Assembly (NCBI GenBank): GCA_051530055.1
Contig: CM121342.1
Location: 4,897,489-4,961,488 of the forward strand
From: Neoechinorhynchus agilis
Taxonomy: Eukaryota > Animalia > Acanthocephala
DNA: 64,000 nucleotides
Direction: 5' to 3'
Shown here: positions 41,168 through 51,790 of the stretch, piece after piece
Layout: every line of letters begins with the position of its first letter
Numbering within the stretch: the stretch's first letter is position 1
The notes under the pieces: generated by a model
Seen by the model: only the letters and a program-made list of their open reading frames with translations
The model's database searches: none
Told to the model about the DNA's origin: nothing
Program-made: the position numbers and the translations under genes

Positions 41168-41685
41168 TTAGTCGGCACTTAAATTGGCCATATAGTCGTC
41201 AAAATCGATACAATCTCCGTGTATACTTGGATTGTAGTACTTCTTATCGATAAATCTGCGTCCACTGTACCCGCATCTCTTTACATTTCCTCCTTCGAGG
41301 TTTAGAAATATGCCTGGATGTCCAAGGCCCAATTGAGCGTGTGAATAATGGAAGCTTTTGTCAAACGAGTTTCCCGAAACAAAAGCTTCAGGTAAGCTTT
41401 GGAATTGTCAACTACAATAATGGGCGCTTGTGCGATCATGTCGATTGGAAACGGTCTTGTGACTTGTTTATCGAGGTATTCGAATCGAGATGCTCTCCAA
41501 TCACCATATCGCTTTCAGACAGATAAATCACTCGTGAATTCTTGAGGAGATCGTAAAAGAATACCTACTTGCCCAGTGTGAGTTATGGGTTCTAAACCTG
41601 GACAATTCTGCGCTAAGACCTCTGATGATCCGTAAGAGGCTCGCAAAAACAATTGGCACAAACGAGTCAAAGAAGTAGGGGCCAT
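41168..41685 (-). CDS. NDUFS6: NADH dehydrogenase iron-sulfur protein 6 (13 kDa-A subunit), two introns; missed by the ORF track
   Basis: MAPTSL..ITHTGQ | RYGDWRASRFEYLDKQV..FPIDMIAQAPIIVVD | ..LGHPGIFLNLEGGNVKRCGYSGRRF. Confidence 0.88.
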
Positions 41686-42585
41686 CTAAAAAAAGAAGGC
41701 TAAATATAAATGTACAATTCCGAACTAAATACAAAAGGTTTTCTAACGCAAAAATCCAAGTTAATCATTGTAAAAGTGGAGTGATTCGCGCCCAAAAAAG
41801 GGTGAATTAGAAAAAAAACCTGATTAAAAATGAGGAAACAAAAACTGATGCGAAGTAAGCGTTCGCACCAACAAAGCGGGCGTCTTTGCTACTTATCCAA
41901 AACATCTAGACATTTTTTGAGTTGAAGGCGATGTTTCTGCATAAAAATTGCAATCGGCTCCATGACTAAAACTTGATAGCTATCCTTCGTGGTCTCAGTT
42001 GTATTTAAAGGCGATAACACCTTTTATTTATTAATCCAAAAAGAGTAGAACCCAGAGAGTGTTGGAATGAATGCAGTTGTTTATTATGGAGTGGATTTCG
42101 AGTTGGGTCAAGTGGTTCAGTTATTCCTGTGAGGTTGTGTTTTTCCTCTAGGGTTCATTTCAGGTCAGAATCCGTATAAAAGTAAATAGTTTCGGTCAAA
42201 GGCAGTATGGAACGAAAAGGAGCGAAAATAAAAGGAATTAAGGTCAAGTTGTTGCTTTGATTGGATAGTATGATTGGTTTTGTGACGAGACATTTGATCG
42301 AATTTTCGAGACTCGCCGGTCTTCAAACCTGAAGAGGAGACCTGCGAGTCTCGAAAATTCGATCAAATAAATGTCCCGTCACAAAACCAATAAAAGTAAT
42401 TAATCTGTACTTTTTTCGCAAACTACAACCAGAAACGTGTCTCCGGAAGAACACAAAACGACAAATGATGACGTCACCGATAGTGAAAGCGATGAACATG
42501 AATATGTTTTTTATTTTGTTGATTGCCGTATACGCGAGCGTGGCAGTGCAAAACACGAACTAATCTTTCACACACGCACACACAA

Positions 42586-43251
42586 TCAGCAGCACTTTGA
42601 ATTTGTCGAGTTGTTTTGATTTCGAGTTTGGTCACTGAGGGTCACGTGGCCTTGATTGTCTCGATCATTCGCACCACCAACGTTGTTACTCATATTGGCG
42701 ATCTTCGGCAATTTAACAGCAATCTCAAGAAAAAGTTCATTGACGTTATGAGCAGATTTCGCCGAGGTTTCGCGAAACAAGAGGCCATTATCGTCCGCAT
42801 AAGTTTGTGCTTCTTCCGTACTTACGGCTCTATTATCAGCCGAAAGATCTAGCTTGTTTCCACAGAGAGCAATGACGATGTTTGCAGCAGCCTGACGCCT
42901 TAACTCCTTGACCCAATTTTTAGCTCGTTGGAACGAACTGGTTGATGTTATGTCGTAGACGACGATGGCTGCGTGAGCTCCTCGATAGTACATTGGTGCA
43001 AGGGAATGGTAGCGCTCTTGTCCTGCCGTGTCCCATATCTCGAGCTTTACACTGGTTTCATCGAGGTTTACGGTTTGAGTTAAGAAAGCAGCGCCAATCG
43101 TACTTTCTTGGAATTCGTAGAACTGACCCTTTACGAAACGTAACGCTAAACTCGATTTCCCAACTGCTGATTCTCCCAAAAGAACGAGCTTGAATTGATA
43201 TGATGATGGCACTGTCGGAGCCAAATCCCTATTCTGTCGACTGCTAGTCAT
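42586..43251 (-). CDS. RAB5: Rab5 GTPase, intronless CDS
   Basis: [57 protein letters not shown] and C-terminal CC. Confidence 0.98.
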   Translation of the reverse strand: MTSSRQNRDLAPTVPSSYQFKLVLLGESAVGKSSLALRFVKGQFYEFQESTIGAAFLTQTVNLDETSVKLEIWDTAGQERYHSLAPMYYRGAHAAIVVYDITSTSSFQRAKNWVKELRRQAAANIVIALCGNKLDLSADNRAVSTEEAQTYADDNGLLFRETSAKSAHNVNELFLEIAVKLPKIANMSNNVGGANDRDNQGHVTLSDQTRNQNNSTNSKCC

Positions 43252-43564
43252 CTCCCCACGAAAAATAGCAAACGAGTTTTTTAATGAACGCGTCGTTTAC
43301 GAGAGCTAAGACGAAAAGAAATACGCTTTTAAATAGACGCGCTTTGACGTCATCCGAAATGTGATTCTTTCGTGTTTTGCGCTTAAACCTCAAGTAACCT
43401 TCGAGTATTGGCTGTTTTGTCCAAATTTTCAAACTTAATCATGTTGGGTAAATGGGGCGACGATTCCACCCAAAATGATGGAACGTCGCAAAATCGTCAC
43501 AAACGGAATTCTTTCCTCTTTTTGGCTAAAAGGAGACCCTTTTTCAAGGGGGAAAAGGAAACTG

Positions 43565-44683
43565 AGTAGCTATGCTGATTTTAGAATCGAAAATGAAAAC
43601 CCGACTAGATATCGAGAGAAAATCTGTTGAATTGTTGTATGTCCGAAAATATCGATTATTTTCACTTCGCCAAAATGAGTTAGACCTTGAAACCGATCGC
43701 AAATAGAGCCTTTGTCTCGAATTTTAAGGGAAAAGGGAAAAAAGTAGCTATGCTGATTTTAGAATCGAAAAAAAACCCGACTAGATATCGAGAGAAAATC
43801 TGTTGAATTGTTTTATATCCGGAAATATCGATTATTTTCACTTCGCCAATATGAGTTAGACCTTGAAACCGATCGCAAATAGAGCCTTTGTCTCGAATTT
43901 TAAGGGAAAAGGGAAAAAAGTAGCTATGCTGATTTTAGAATCGAAAAAAACCCAACTAGATATCGAGAGAAAATCTGTTGAATTGTTTTATATCCGGAAA
44001 TATCGATTATTTTCACTTCGCCAATATGAGTTAGACCTTGAAACCGATCGCAAATAGAGCTTTTGTCTCGAATTTTAAGGGAAAAGGGAAAAAGTAGCTA
44101 TGCTGATTTTAGAATCGAAAAAAAACCCAACTAGATATCGAGAGAAAATCTGTTGAATTGTTTTATATCCGGAAATATCGATTATTTTCACTTCGCCAAA
44201 ATGAGTTAGACCTTGAAACCGATCGCAAATAGAGCCTTTGTCTCGAATTTTAAGGGAAAAGGGAAAAAAGTAGCTATGCTGATTTTAGAATCGAAAAAAA
44301 CCCAACTAGATATCGAGAGAAATCTGTTGAATTGTTTTATATCCGGAAATATCGATTATTTTCACTTCGCCAATATGAGTTAGACCTTGAAACCGATCGC
44401 AAATAGAGCTTTGTCTCGAATTTTAAGGAAAAGGAAGTAGTATGGTTTTAGAATCGAAAATATGAGTTAGACCTTGAAACTGCAAATAGGCTTTTGTCTC
44501 GAATTTTAAGGGAAAAGGGAAAAAAGTAGCTATGCTGATTTTAGAATCGAAAAAAAACCCAACTAGATATCGAGAGAAAATCTGTTGAATTGTTTTATAT
44601 CCGGAAATATCGATTATTTTCACTTCGCCAAAATGAGTTAGACCTTGAAACCGATCGCAAATAGAGCCTTTGTCTCGAATTTT
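43565..44683. repeat. Tandem repeat, ~177-bp unit, ~6 copies, immediately upstream of Rab5
   Basis: AGTAGCTATGCTGATTTTAGAATCGAAA at 43566, 43743, 43920, 44094, 44269 and 44525. Confidence 0.95.
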
Positions 44684-44875
44684 ACGAAAAGACTTTCTGT
44701 GCTCACTAGCCTTTTTCTTTTCCAAAAAGTTTCATTTCGCTAATAATCGCAAGTTTGTGTATTCTGTTAGCTTTTCAAACCGTATTGCGTTCAAAAGACA
44801 GTGATTTCAACCGATTTTATTGTAAGACGTTTTTTTTGAATAAATATTCGAGCCGATTACAGCAGGTCCGGCAGA

Positions 44876-45058
44876 TCAAAAGTGATAGTATTGAGGCGCT
44901 ATGATTGGTGCAATCGGAATCATTGATGGCATGGCTGTGTTTATTGGGAAGAGCAGCCGATTACTTATTGGTATATTGAGATTTGGATAATATGGATTTG
45001 TATCACAAAGCGGCCATACACAAGGAGTCAACTGAGGAGCCAGGAGAGTCATTTTCAA
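44876..45058 (-). CDS. Possible small Pro/Ile-rich peptide gene
   Basis: 60-aa ATG-initiated ORF between two satellites; no family recognised. Confidence 0.25.
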   Translation of the reverse strand: MKMTLLAPQLTPCVWPLCDTNPYYPNLNIPISNRLLFPINTAMPSMIPIAPIIAPQYYHF

Positions 45059-45211
45059 TTCTTCAAAAATATTTTAGAAACTTCAAGTTTAAAACAAACA
45101 TTTGTTTGAACAGTCATCTTTTGCGTATCGTTGGCGTAATCAAGAACGCTTTAAACTTTGCACTATTCAGTTAAAAAAAGATCAATATTTTAAGAAAAAG
45201 CCGTTATAATG

Positions 45212-45755
45212 GAGACTTTGGATGACCGTTTCTAAATAATCTGAACCACGAGTTTACCTTAATTTATCCTTTTGTTTTCTAGGTTCTTTAATACTACGAT
45301 TCTTTATACCGAAAAATGAATTCTCTGGGCTTTGGATGACCGTTTCTAAATAATCTAAACCACGAATTTACCTTACTTTATCCTTTTGTTTTCTAGCTTC
45401 TTTAATACTACGATTCTTTATACCGAAAAATGAATTCTCTGGGCTTTGGATGACCGTTTCTAAATAATTTGAACCACGAATTTCCCCTTACTTTATCCTT
45501 TTGCTTTCTATCTTCTTTAATACTACGAGTCTTTGTACCGAAAAATGAATTCTCTGGACTTTGGATGACCGTTTCTAAATAATTTGAACCACGAATTTAC
45601 CTTACTTTATCCTTTTGTTTTCTAGCTTCTTTAATACTACGATTCTTTATACCGAAAAATGAATTCTCTGGACTTTGGATGACCGTTTCTAAATAATTTG
45701 AACCACGAATTTTCATTGTTTTATCCTTTTGTTTTCTAGCTTCTTTTATGGCTAC
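45212..45755. repeat. Tandem repeat, ~114-bp unit, ~5 copies; resumes at 49202-49245 after the Gypsy insertion
   Basis: CTTTGGATGACCGTTTCTAAATAAT at 45216, 45330 and onward. TTACGATTTTTTGAACCGAAAAATGAATTCTCTGGACTTTGGA continues the unit at 49202. Confidence 0.92.
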
Positions 45756-48700
45756 TGTGGCGTGGTGTATTCCGGCGCGACGCCTATCGAACCACCGATG
45801 TCCGTTTTTCCGTTACAAATGGTGACCCCGACCCTGGCGTCCGTACGTCGTCAGCCGAAGGGTGGTCAAGTGGACTAATGCTTTTGATTCCAGTTTGTTG
45901 GGTCTACTGGTTCGAATCCGTTACCGTCGATGACCGACAACCAAAGGGGACGAAATATCTCGCTGAAGGGAGGAAACCTACTGATGAGTCCCGCCTCCTC
46001 GCGAGGTATCTGAGAATCCGGAGGAATGTACAAATTTTTAACCGTGCATTAGAGAGACTATGTTGTTATATCACTTCTCTGATTTATAATTGGTTCGGCT
46101 TTATACCTAAAAAATATAAGCCGGGCAAGAAGGGCAAACTAAAATTTAATGATGATGAAAAACAAAACCGGCTTGCTAGTAAAACTTAAAATAGAATACA
46201 GCGCTCACCCTGAGTCGAAAAAATGGCAGAGTTTGACATTCCGTAGTTGTGTCGAGGTGATCAAGTGGACTAATGCTTTTGATTCCAGTTTTTTGGGTCA
46301 ACTGGTTCGAATCCGTTACCGTCGATGACACACAACAAAAGGGGACGAAATATCTCGCTAAAGGGAGGAAACCCACTGATGAGTCCCACGCCCTCGTGAG
46401 GTATTTGGGGATCCGGAGGAATGTACAAATTTTTAACCGTGCAGTAGAGAGACTATGCGGTTATATCACTTCTCTGATTTATAATTGGTTTGGCTTTATA
46501 CCTAAAAAATATAAGCCGGGCAAGAAGGGACAAACTAAAATTTGATGATGTTGAAAAACAAAACCGGCTTGCTAGTAAAACTTAAAATAGAATACAGCGC
46601 TCACCCTGAGTCGAAAAAATGGCAGAGTTTGTACATTCCGTAGTTGTGTCGAGGTAGTCAAGTGGACTAATGCTTTTGATTCCAGTTTGTTGGGTCAACT
46701 GGTTTGAATCCGTTACCGTCGATGACACAAAACCAAAGGGGACGAAATATCTCGCTGAAGGGAAGAGGTAACTCACTGATAAGTCCCACGTCCTCGGGAG
46801 AGGTATCTGAGAATCCGGAGGAATGTACAAATTTTTAACCGTGCAGTAGAGAGACTATGCGGTTATATCACTTCTCTGATTTATAATTGGTTTGGCTTTA
46901 TACCTAAAAAATATAAGCCGGGCAAGAAGGGACAAACTAAAATTTAATGATGATGAAAAACAAAACCGGCTTGCTAGTAAAACTTAAAATAGAATACAGC
47001 GCTCACCCTGAATCGAAAAAATGGCAGAGTTTGACATTCCGTAGTTGTGTCGAGGTGATCAAGTGGACTAATGCTTTTGATTCCAGTTTGTTGGGTCAAC
47101 TGTTTCGAATCCGTTACCGCCAATGACCCACAATCAAAGGGGACGAAATATCTCGTTGAAGGGAGGAAACTCACTAATGAGTCCCGCCTCCTCGCGAGGT
47201 ATTTGGGAATCCGGAGGAATGTACAAATTTTTAACCGTGCATTAGAGAGACTATGCGGTTATATCACTTCTCTGATTTATAATTGGCTTGGTTTTATGCC
47301 TAAAAAATATAAGCCGGGCAAGAAGGGCAAACTAAAATTTAATGATGTTTATCGTATTTGCGTAAGGATTCTCCGTGCTTTCGTTTTCGGTTCCAAACTC
47401 AACGATCCTCGAGAAATGGCGCTGGCCGCTCTATGGAATTCGAGGCTTCCACTTACTTCCGCTACAACAGTTGCTACCCGAGTAAAAAGTGGACATGAAT
47501 CGTCAGGTGATTCGAAACTTTGTTTCTATCATCAGAGATTCGGGCGCAAAGCCCGCCGATGTCGACCGTCGTGTATCATGTCGTCAGAAGTCTTTCCTAG
47601 TGCCCATTCAAAAAACGAGGTCATCTTTGAATTCGACAACGATTGGCTCAACACCCAACATCCTATTTTTTGTTTTGGAGCAAATATCCTGTCGACGCCT
47701 TTTGGTCGATATAGCGCAGAAATCAGCGTACTGCCAGCCACACAATCAGATCGGCAATGCTGGCCTCGAGGTCGATCATTAACAGCCGCGAACGGTTCCA
47801 CAATCCCAACGTTGAATGGCGACCGCTCGCTTTCTTTAGTAGACAACTTCGGAATAGTGTGTTCGATCGGGAACTACTAGCCATTTATCTTGCAATCAGA
47901 CATTTTAGATATTTCATCGAAGGTCGAGCGTTCACCGTTTTCACTGACCACCACCACCCCATTGACTTTTGCGATTTCAAAGGTTTCTGATCCGTGGACA
48001 GCGCGTCCGACAACTCAATTTTGTCTCGGAATTCACGACCAACATTGAGCATGTAGCGGGTAAGGATAATCTGGTAGCCGACACGCTCTCTCAAGAATAT
48101 CAGTGACGGTATATCGTTCGAGGAAATGGCACACGATCAGCTGGCCGACTAGAATATCCAACAATAACGTCGACACAGACCATTTGTGCCAACATCGTGG
48201 AGCAAGCGAATATTTGATTTTAATCAACGCAACTCGCAAACTGGTTCGGTATAAATTTGTTTTGCCAGGCTTATCGAAGAATATCGGCAACTGGATGAAA
48301 ATATGTATCGATTGCCATCGATCTAAAATTCAACGACATACGCGAGCATCGACATTCGAACCTATGTCTCGCCGCTTCGACCATGTCGACATTGATTTGG
48401 TCGATCCGTTTTCTCTGTCACAAGGCTACACTCATCTTCTGGCGGCAGTGGCCAGAGGCGATCCCAATGAGGAACACCGACGCGATATCTCGTTTCGGAA
48501 TACCTAAAGATCTCACTTCCAACCGTGGACCGCAATTCATTTCGCAGTTGTAGGCAGCGGCAGCTAATCATCTCGGAATGAAACTACACCGCACCACCGC
48601 CTACCACCCTCAATCGAACAGAATAATCGCGAAGTTCCACAGACATCTCAAATCGGCTTTGAAAGCTCACCTTCGCAGAAACAATTGGACGGACCAACTC

Positions 48701-49201
48701 CCGTGGATTCTGCTAGGAATGCGAACGGCATCCAAATCCGATCTTAGATCGTCAGCGGCCTCAATCAACGTCCCAGCCGATTTCCTCGATGTCTCTTGGA
48801 ACCAGGTCGAGCCACACGTCCACCTACAGCGTCTACGCGAGAAAATCCAATCGTTAGCTCCTGTTCCTATCGTGCATCATGGCAAGATAACAACGTTTAT
48901 ACCTCAATCTCTAAATCGAGCCTCGTTCGTTTTCGTCAGGCGCGGGTAGCCGGGGAATCCGATACAAACCCCATATACGAGAAAGTCTTGGAACGAAGCG
49001 ATAAATTTTTAACGGTGGATATCGGAGGACGACCTGAGAATGTGTCAATCGATCGGCTTACAAAAGCCTACACCGACCCAACAGAGCCAGTCAAACTCGC
49101 TCAGCCGCAAAAACGAGGACAACCCCCCAAACCGTCCAGTGGCGTGAGCGTACGTCGGGCCGGTGCTTAACGAATTTCCGATGTCCGTTTTTCTCGTTAC
49201 A
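45756..49201 (+). mobile_element. Decayed Ty3/Gypsy LTR retrotransposon (short LTR remnants, PBS, gag, RNase H and integrase fragments; RT deleted)
   Basis: TGTGGCG..CCGATGTCCGTTTTTCCGTTACA (45756-45817) and a matching 3' copy ending at 49201; PBS-like TGGTGACCCCGAC at 45820; TSD-like CTAC/TTAC; CFYHQRFGRKARRC, WRPLAFFSRQL..DRELLAIY and TTAYHPQSN motifs. Confidence 0.9.
45861..47347 (+). ncRNA. Tandem array (4 units, 395-400 bp) of the tRNA-headed hammerhead element, nested in the Gypsy element
   Basis: Cores at 45981 and 46376 (CTGATGA), 46776 (CTGATAA) and 47174 (CTAATGA); B-box GGTTCGAATCC at 45909; T5 at 46035-46039. Confidence 0.9.
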
Positions 49202-49757
49202 TTACGATTTTTTGAACCGAAAAATGAATTCTCTGGACTTTGGATAATTTAATTGGTAAAAGAGTGCTTTAAGGTATAATTGAGACATTTTACCCGATAT
49301 TTATTCAGAACAATAGTTATAAATTATTCGTGAAATTTCTCTAGATTGGTCCTTGCAGGATCGAGAGGTTTGGCGGTGAATTCATACGCAGCAAAATTCC
49401 GATTTTATCATCATCATCGATGGAAATGTGCTGAATGAGTTTGGTGTTTGTGGAGAAAGCAGCATATTTTGACATTTAGAAGAAAAAACAGATTAGTTTT
49501 TGTCGCAGAGGATTAGGAATGCACCATTTTTTCCCAAGTGCTTTTTTGCTCTCGAAATTTTCGGTAGACGGCTGGAAATGTTACGGAATGTTCAACGTTT
49601 TTATAATAACGAGCGGTGTGAGCTATCACTCTTCTCGCCTATTATGGCGTTTTCGTAGACATGCCGCGAATAATAAGTAGCTCGAGACGGATATACAGAT
49701 CGGAAAACACACATATAAAAGAGAGAGAGATTGTTTCTGAGTTACCGAGCACGAGAT

Positions 49758-50129
49758 ATGGCAAAGAAACGCGATCCGGAATTGGAAGTAAAAGTTCAGA
49801 AATGGATGGAAGACGTCATTGGTGAGAAGTTCAATCCAGATCTGAAATACGATGACAATTTGAAAGACGGCGTTCTCATATGCAAACTGATGAACAAGCT
49901 TAGTCCTGGTTCAATTACTAAAATCGAGGAGCGAGGATCCGGCTTCGTGTTGAGACAAAATATCGATCGATTCCAAAAAGCGGTGAAGAGTTATGGCGTT
50001 GCGACCGAGCAAGTGTTCCAGACCGTGGATTTGTTCGAGAAGAAGAACATTGGACAAGTTACAGCTTGTCTCATTGAACTCGACCGACAATCGAAACTGA
50101 AGAATGCATCGAATCCACACATAGAATAG
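49758..50129 (+). CDS. Muscle protein 20 / myophilin / calponin-like single CH-domain protein
   Basis: KRDPELEVKVQKWMEDVIGEKF, LKDGVLICKLMNKLSPG, FQTVDLFEKKNIGQV; a further upstream start is possible. Confidence 0.9.
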   Translation: MAKKRDPELEVKVQKWMEDVIGEKFNPDLKYDDNLKDGVLICKLMNKLSPGSITKIEERGSGFVLRQNIDRFQKAVKSYGVATEQVFQTVDLFEKKNIGQVTACLIELDRQSKLKNASNPHIE

Positions 50130-50649
50130 ACATTATAGCAGAATTAATCTGTCAAAGAACACTTTATAGAGATGCAGTGAGAAAAAAAACGCGTTTACTG
50201 TAGCTTAAGTGGCATTTTACTCGCTTTTTTTGCGTTTTTTGGTTGTTGTTGAAATCTCCGGCTTTCACAAGATCAGTTTATGTTCAAATTAAACTCTTGA
50301 ACATCCGCATTCATACACACACAGATTTGCATTTACTTTTAATCAGCGGCGCAACACCGTTGGCGGATCTCGTCTTTTTTGCCCGAACATCTTGCGCTCA
50401 ATGCCGTTCATTCTCGCATTCACCACCTCAACTATCGGTTGGGGGGGGGAGGGAACCGTCAGCCGAAAGTCGATTTTATCCTTTTGCCACAAAAATCAGC
50501 GCGTACAAACGGTAAACAATATGTAATTCTTATATGTTTAAGATTTTATCCATATACGGCCGAATGGACACCCGCAGTTCACCAATTTCGTTCTGGGAAG
50601 CGCTGGTCTGCGCTCAATGTCCCAAGACCGTACGGTAAATGAGTTTGTA

Positions 50650-50842
50650 AGAATCCCTCCGGATTCTCAGATACCTCCCGAGGAGGCGGCATCAGTGAGT
50701 TACCTCTTCCCTTCAACGAGATATTTCGTCTCTTTTGGTTGTGTGTCATCGGCAATAACGGATTCGAACCAACTGACCCAACAAAATGGGATCTGGAGCA
50801 TTCTTGACCACCTCATCAGCACAACTACGGAAAGTACAAACT
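50650..50842 (-). ncRNA. Solo degenerate copy of the tRNA-hammerhead unit
   Basis: Reverse complement reads ..GGTTCGAATCC..GAGAC-GAAA-TATCTCGT..CTCA-CTGATG(deletion)..GAGGTA-TC-TGAG. Confidence 0.8.
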
Positions 50843-50867
50843 TAACAGGAACTAAATGAAAAAAATT

Positions 50868-51760
50868 CCCATATTCAATGGACATGCGAAAAAGAAGATT
50901 GTGGTATTTTACCATTTCTCGATGTACAAGTCAAAAGGAACTATGATAACACTTTCTCGACCTCGGCCTATATCAAACAGGGGGATCTCCACACAAATAC
51001 AAATTATCGAGATTCCAATCACTAGTCATCAGAGCATACCGATATAGCTCGAACTTGAATTGCCTCAATAACGAACTCGACCGATTATGGAATATATTTA
51101 AAAGTGGTGGCTATCCAAAGAAATTAATGTTAAGAACATAGAAAGATACTCAATAAATGATCGGAAGGGAACCTACAAAAAAATCGGGATATCGGATCTT
51201 CAACGAATGCAGACACATGATATATAGAAATTCCTTACATAAATGATAAATGGAATTCCAATATAGAAACATTGATCAAACAACTCGATATGAAGAAGGA
51301 ATGTATTCCAAAAGGGAACAAACACTATATAGTTTGTTACTACCTAAAAGAGTGCAAAATATAAACGAGTGCGGCTATAGGATCCCCTGCATGGACTGTG
51401 ATCAATCGTATGTAGGACGATCCAGAAAAATGGATAAAAGCCCGTACACCACGTGATTGAAAATGATCATCAGATCAATTTTGATGCCACTGAGATTCTA
51501 GCAAAATGTAAAAATTGTAGAGACAGAACCGCCTTCCACCTCATATACGTCCTAAAGGACAAATGGTTGTAAAACGACGTGTTTTAGATATCTGAACAAG
51601 GCCCACGCTCAGGCCGAAAATTAATCAAATTAATCTATAATTCTTTAATAATCCTTCGAAATATTTCCAATAAATCAAATATCTTTGTGTATGACTGGGA
51701 TTATGCTAACCAAAAGTATAAACTTCGATTATCCCAAAAGATATTCTTTGTCGGTGATTA
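50868..51760 (+). mobile_element. Penelope-like element 3' fragment (RT end, thumb, GIY-YIG endonuclease, terminal repeat remnant), frameshifted
   Basis: HIQWTCEKEDCGILPFLDVQVKR, SLVIRAYRYSS..ELDRLWNIFKSGGYP and YRIPCMDCDQSYVG. CGAAATATTTCCAATAAATCAAAT at 51658 matches the foldback family at 59.2-60.8 kb. Confidence 0.88.
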
Positions 51761-51790
51761 TGATAAGAAGGAGGGACTTATTGCTTTGGT

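Noticed and set aside
45216-45260. Hammerhead-like GGATGA..GAA motif in the 114-bp repeat, and CTGAT motifs in the 177- and 190-bp repeats
   Set aside because: The cores are incomplete and there are no consistent stems.
45861-45930. Functional tRNA genes (CCA anticodon, Trp-like) in the 395-bp units
   Set aside because: The anticodon stem does not pair, the T-stem has a mismatch and the acceptor stem has a bulge, so these are treated as tRNA-derived promoters.
45946-45992. Conventional type II minimal hammerhead using GAA-ATAT-C at 45952-45959 as the cleavage strand
   Set aside because: The following TCGC cannot form stem I with CCCA/CTCA, whereas the downstream GCGAGGTA-TC-TGRG gives both stem III and stem I. 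It is kept only as a control for the experiment.
38834-47880. ORFs in the ribozyme arrays (MLLIPVCWVNWFESV..., GTKYLAEGRKPTDE...)
   Set aside because: These are by-products of tandem repeat sequence with inconsistent frames between copies.
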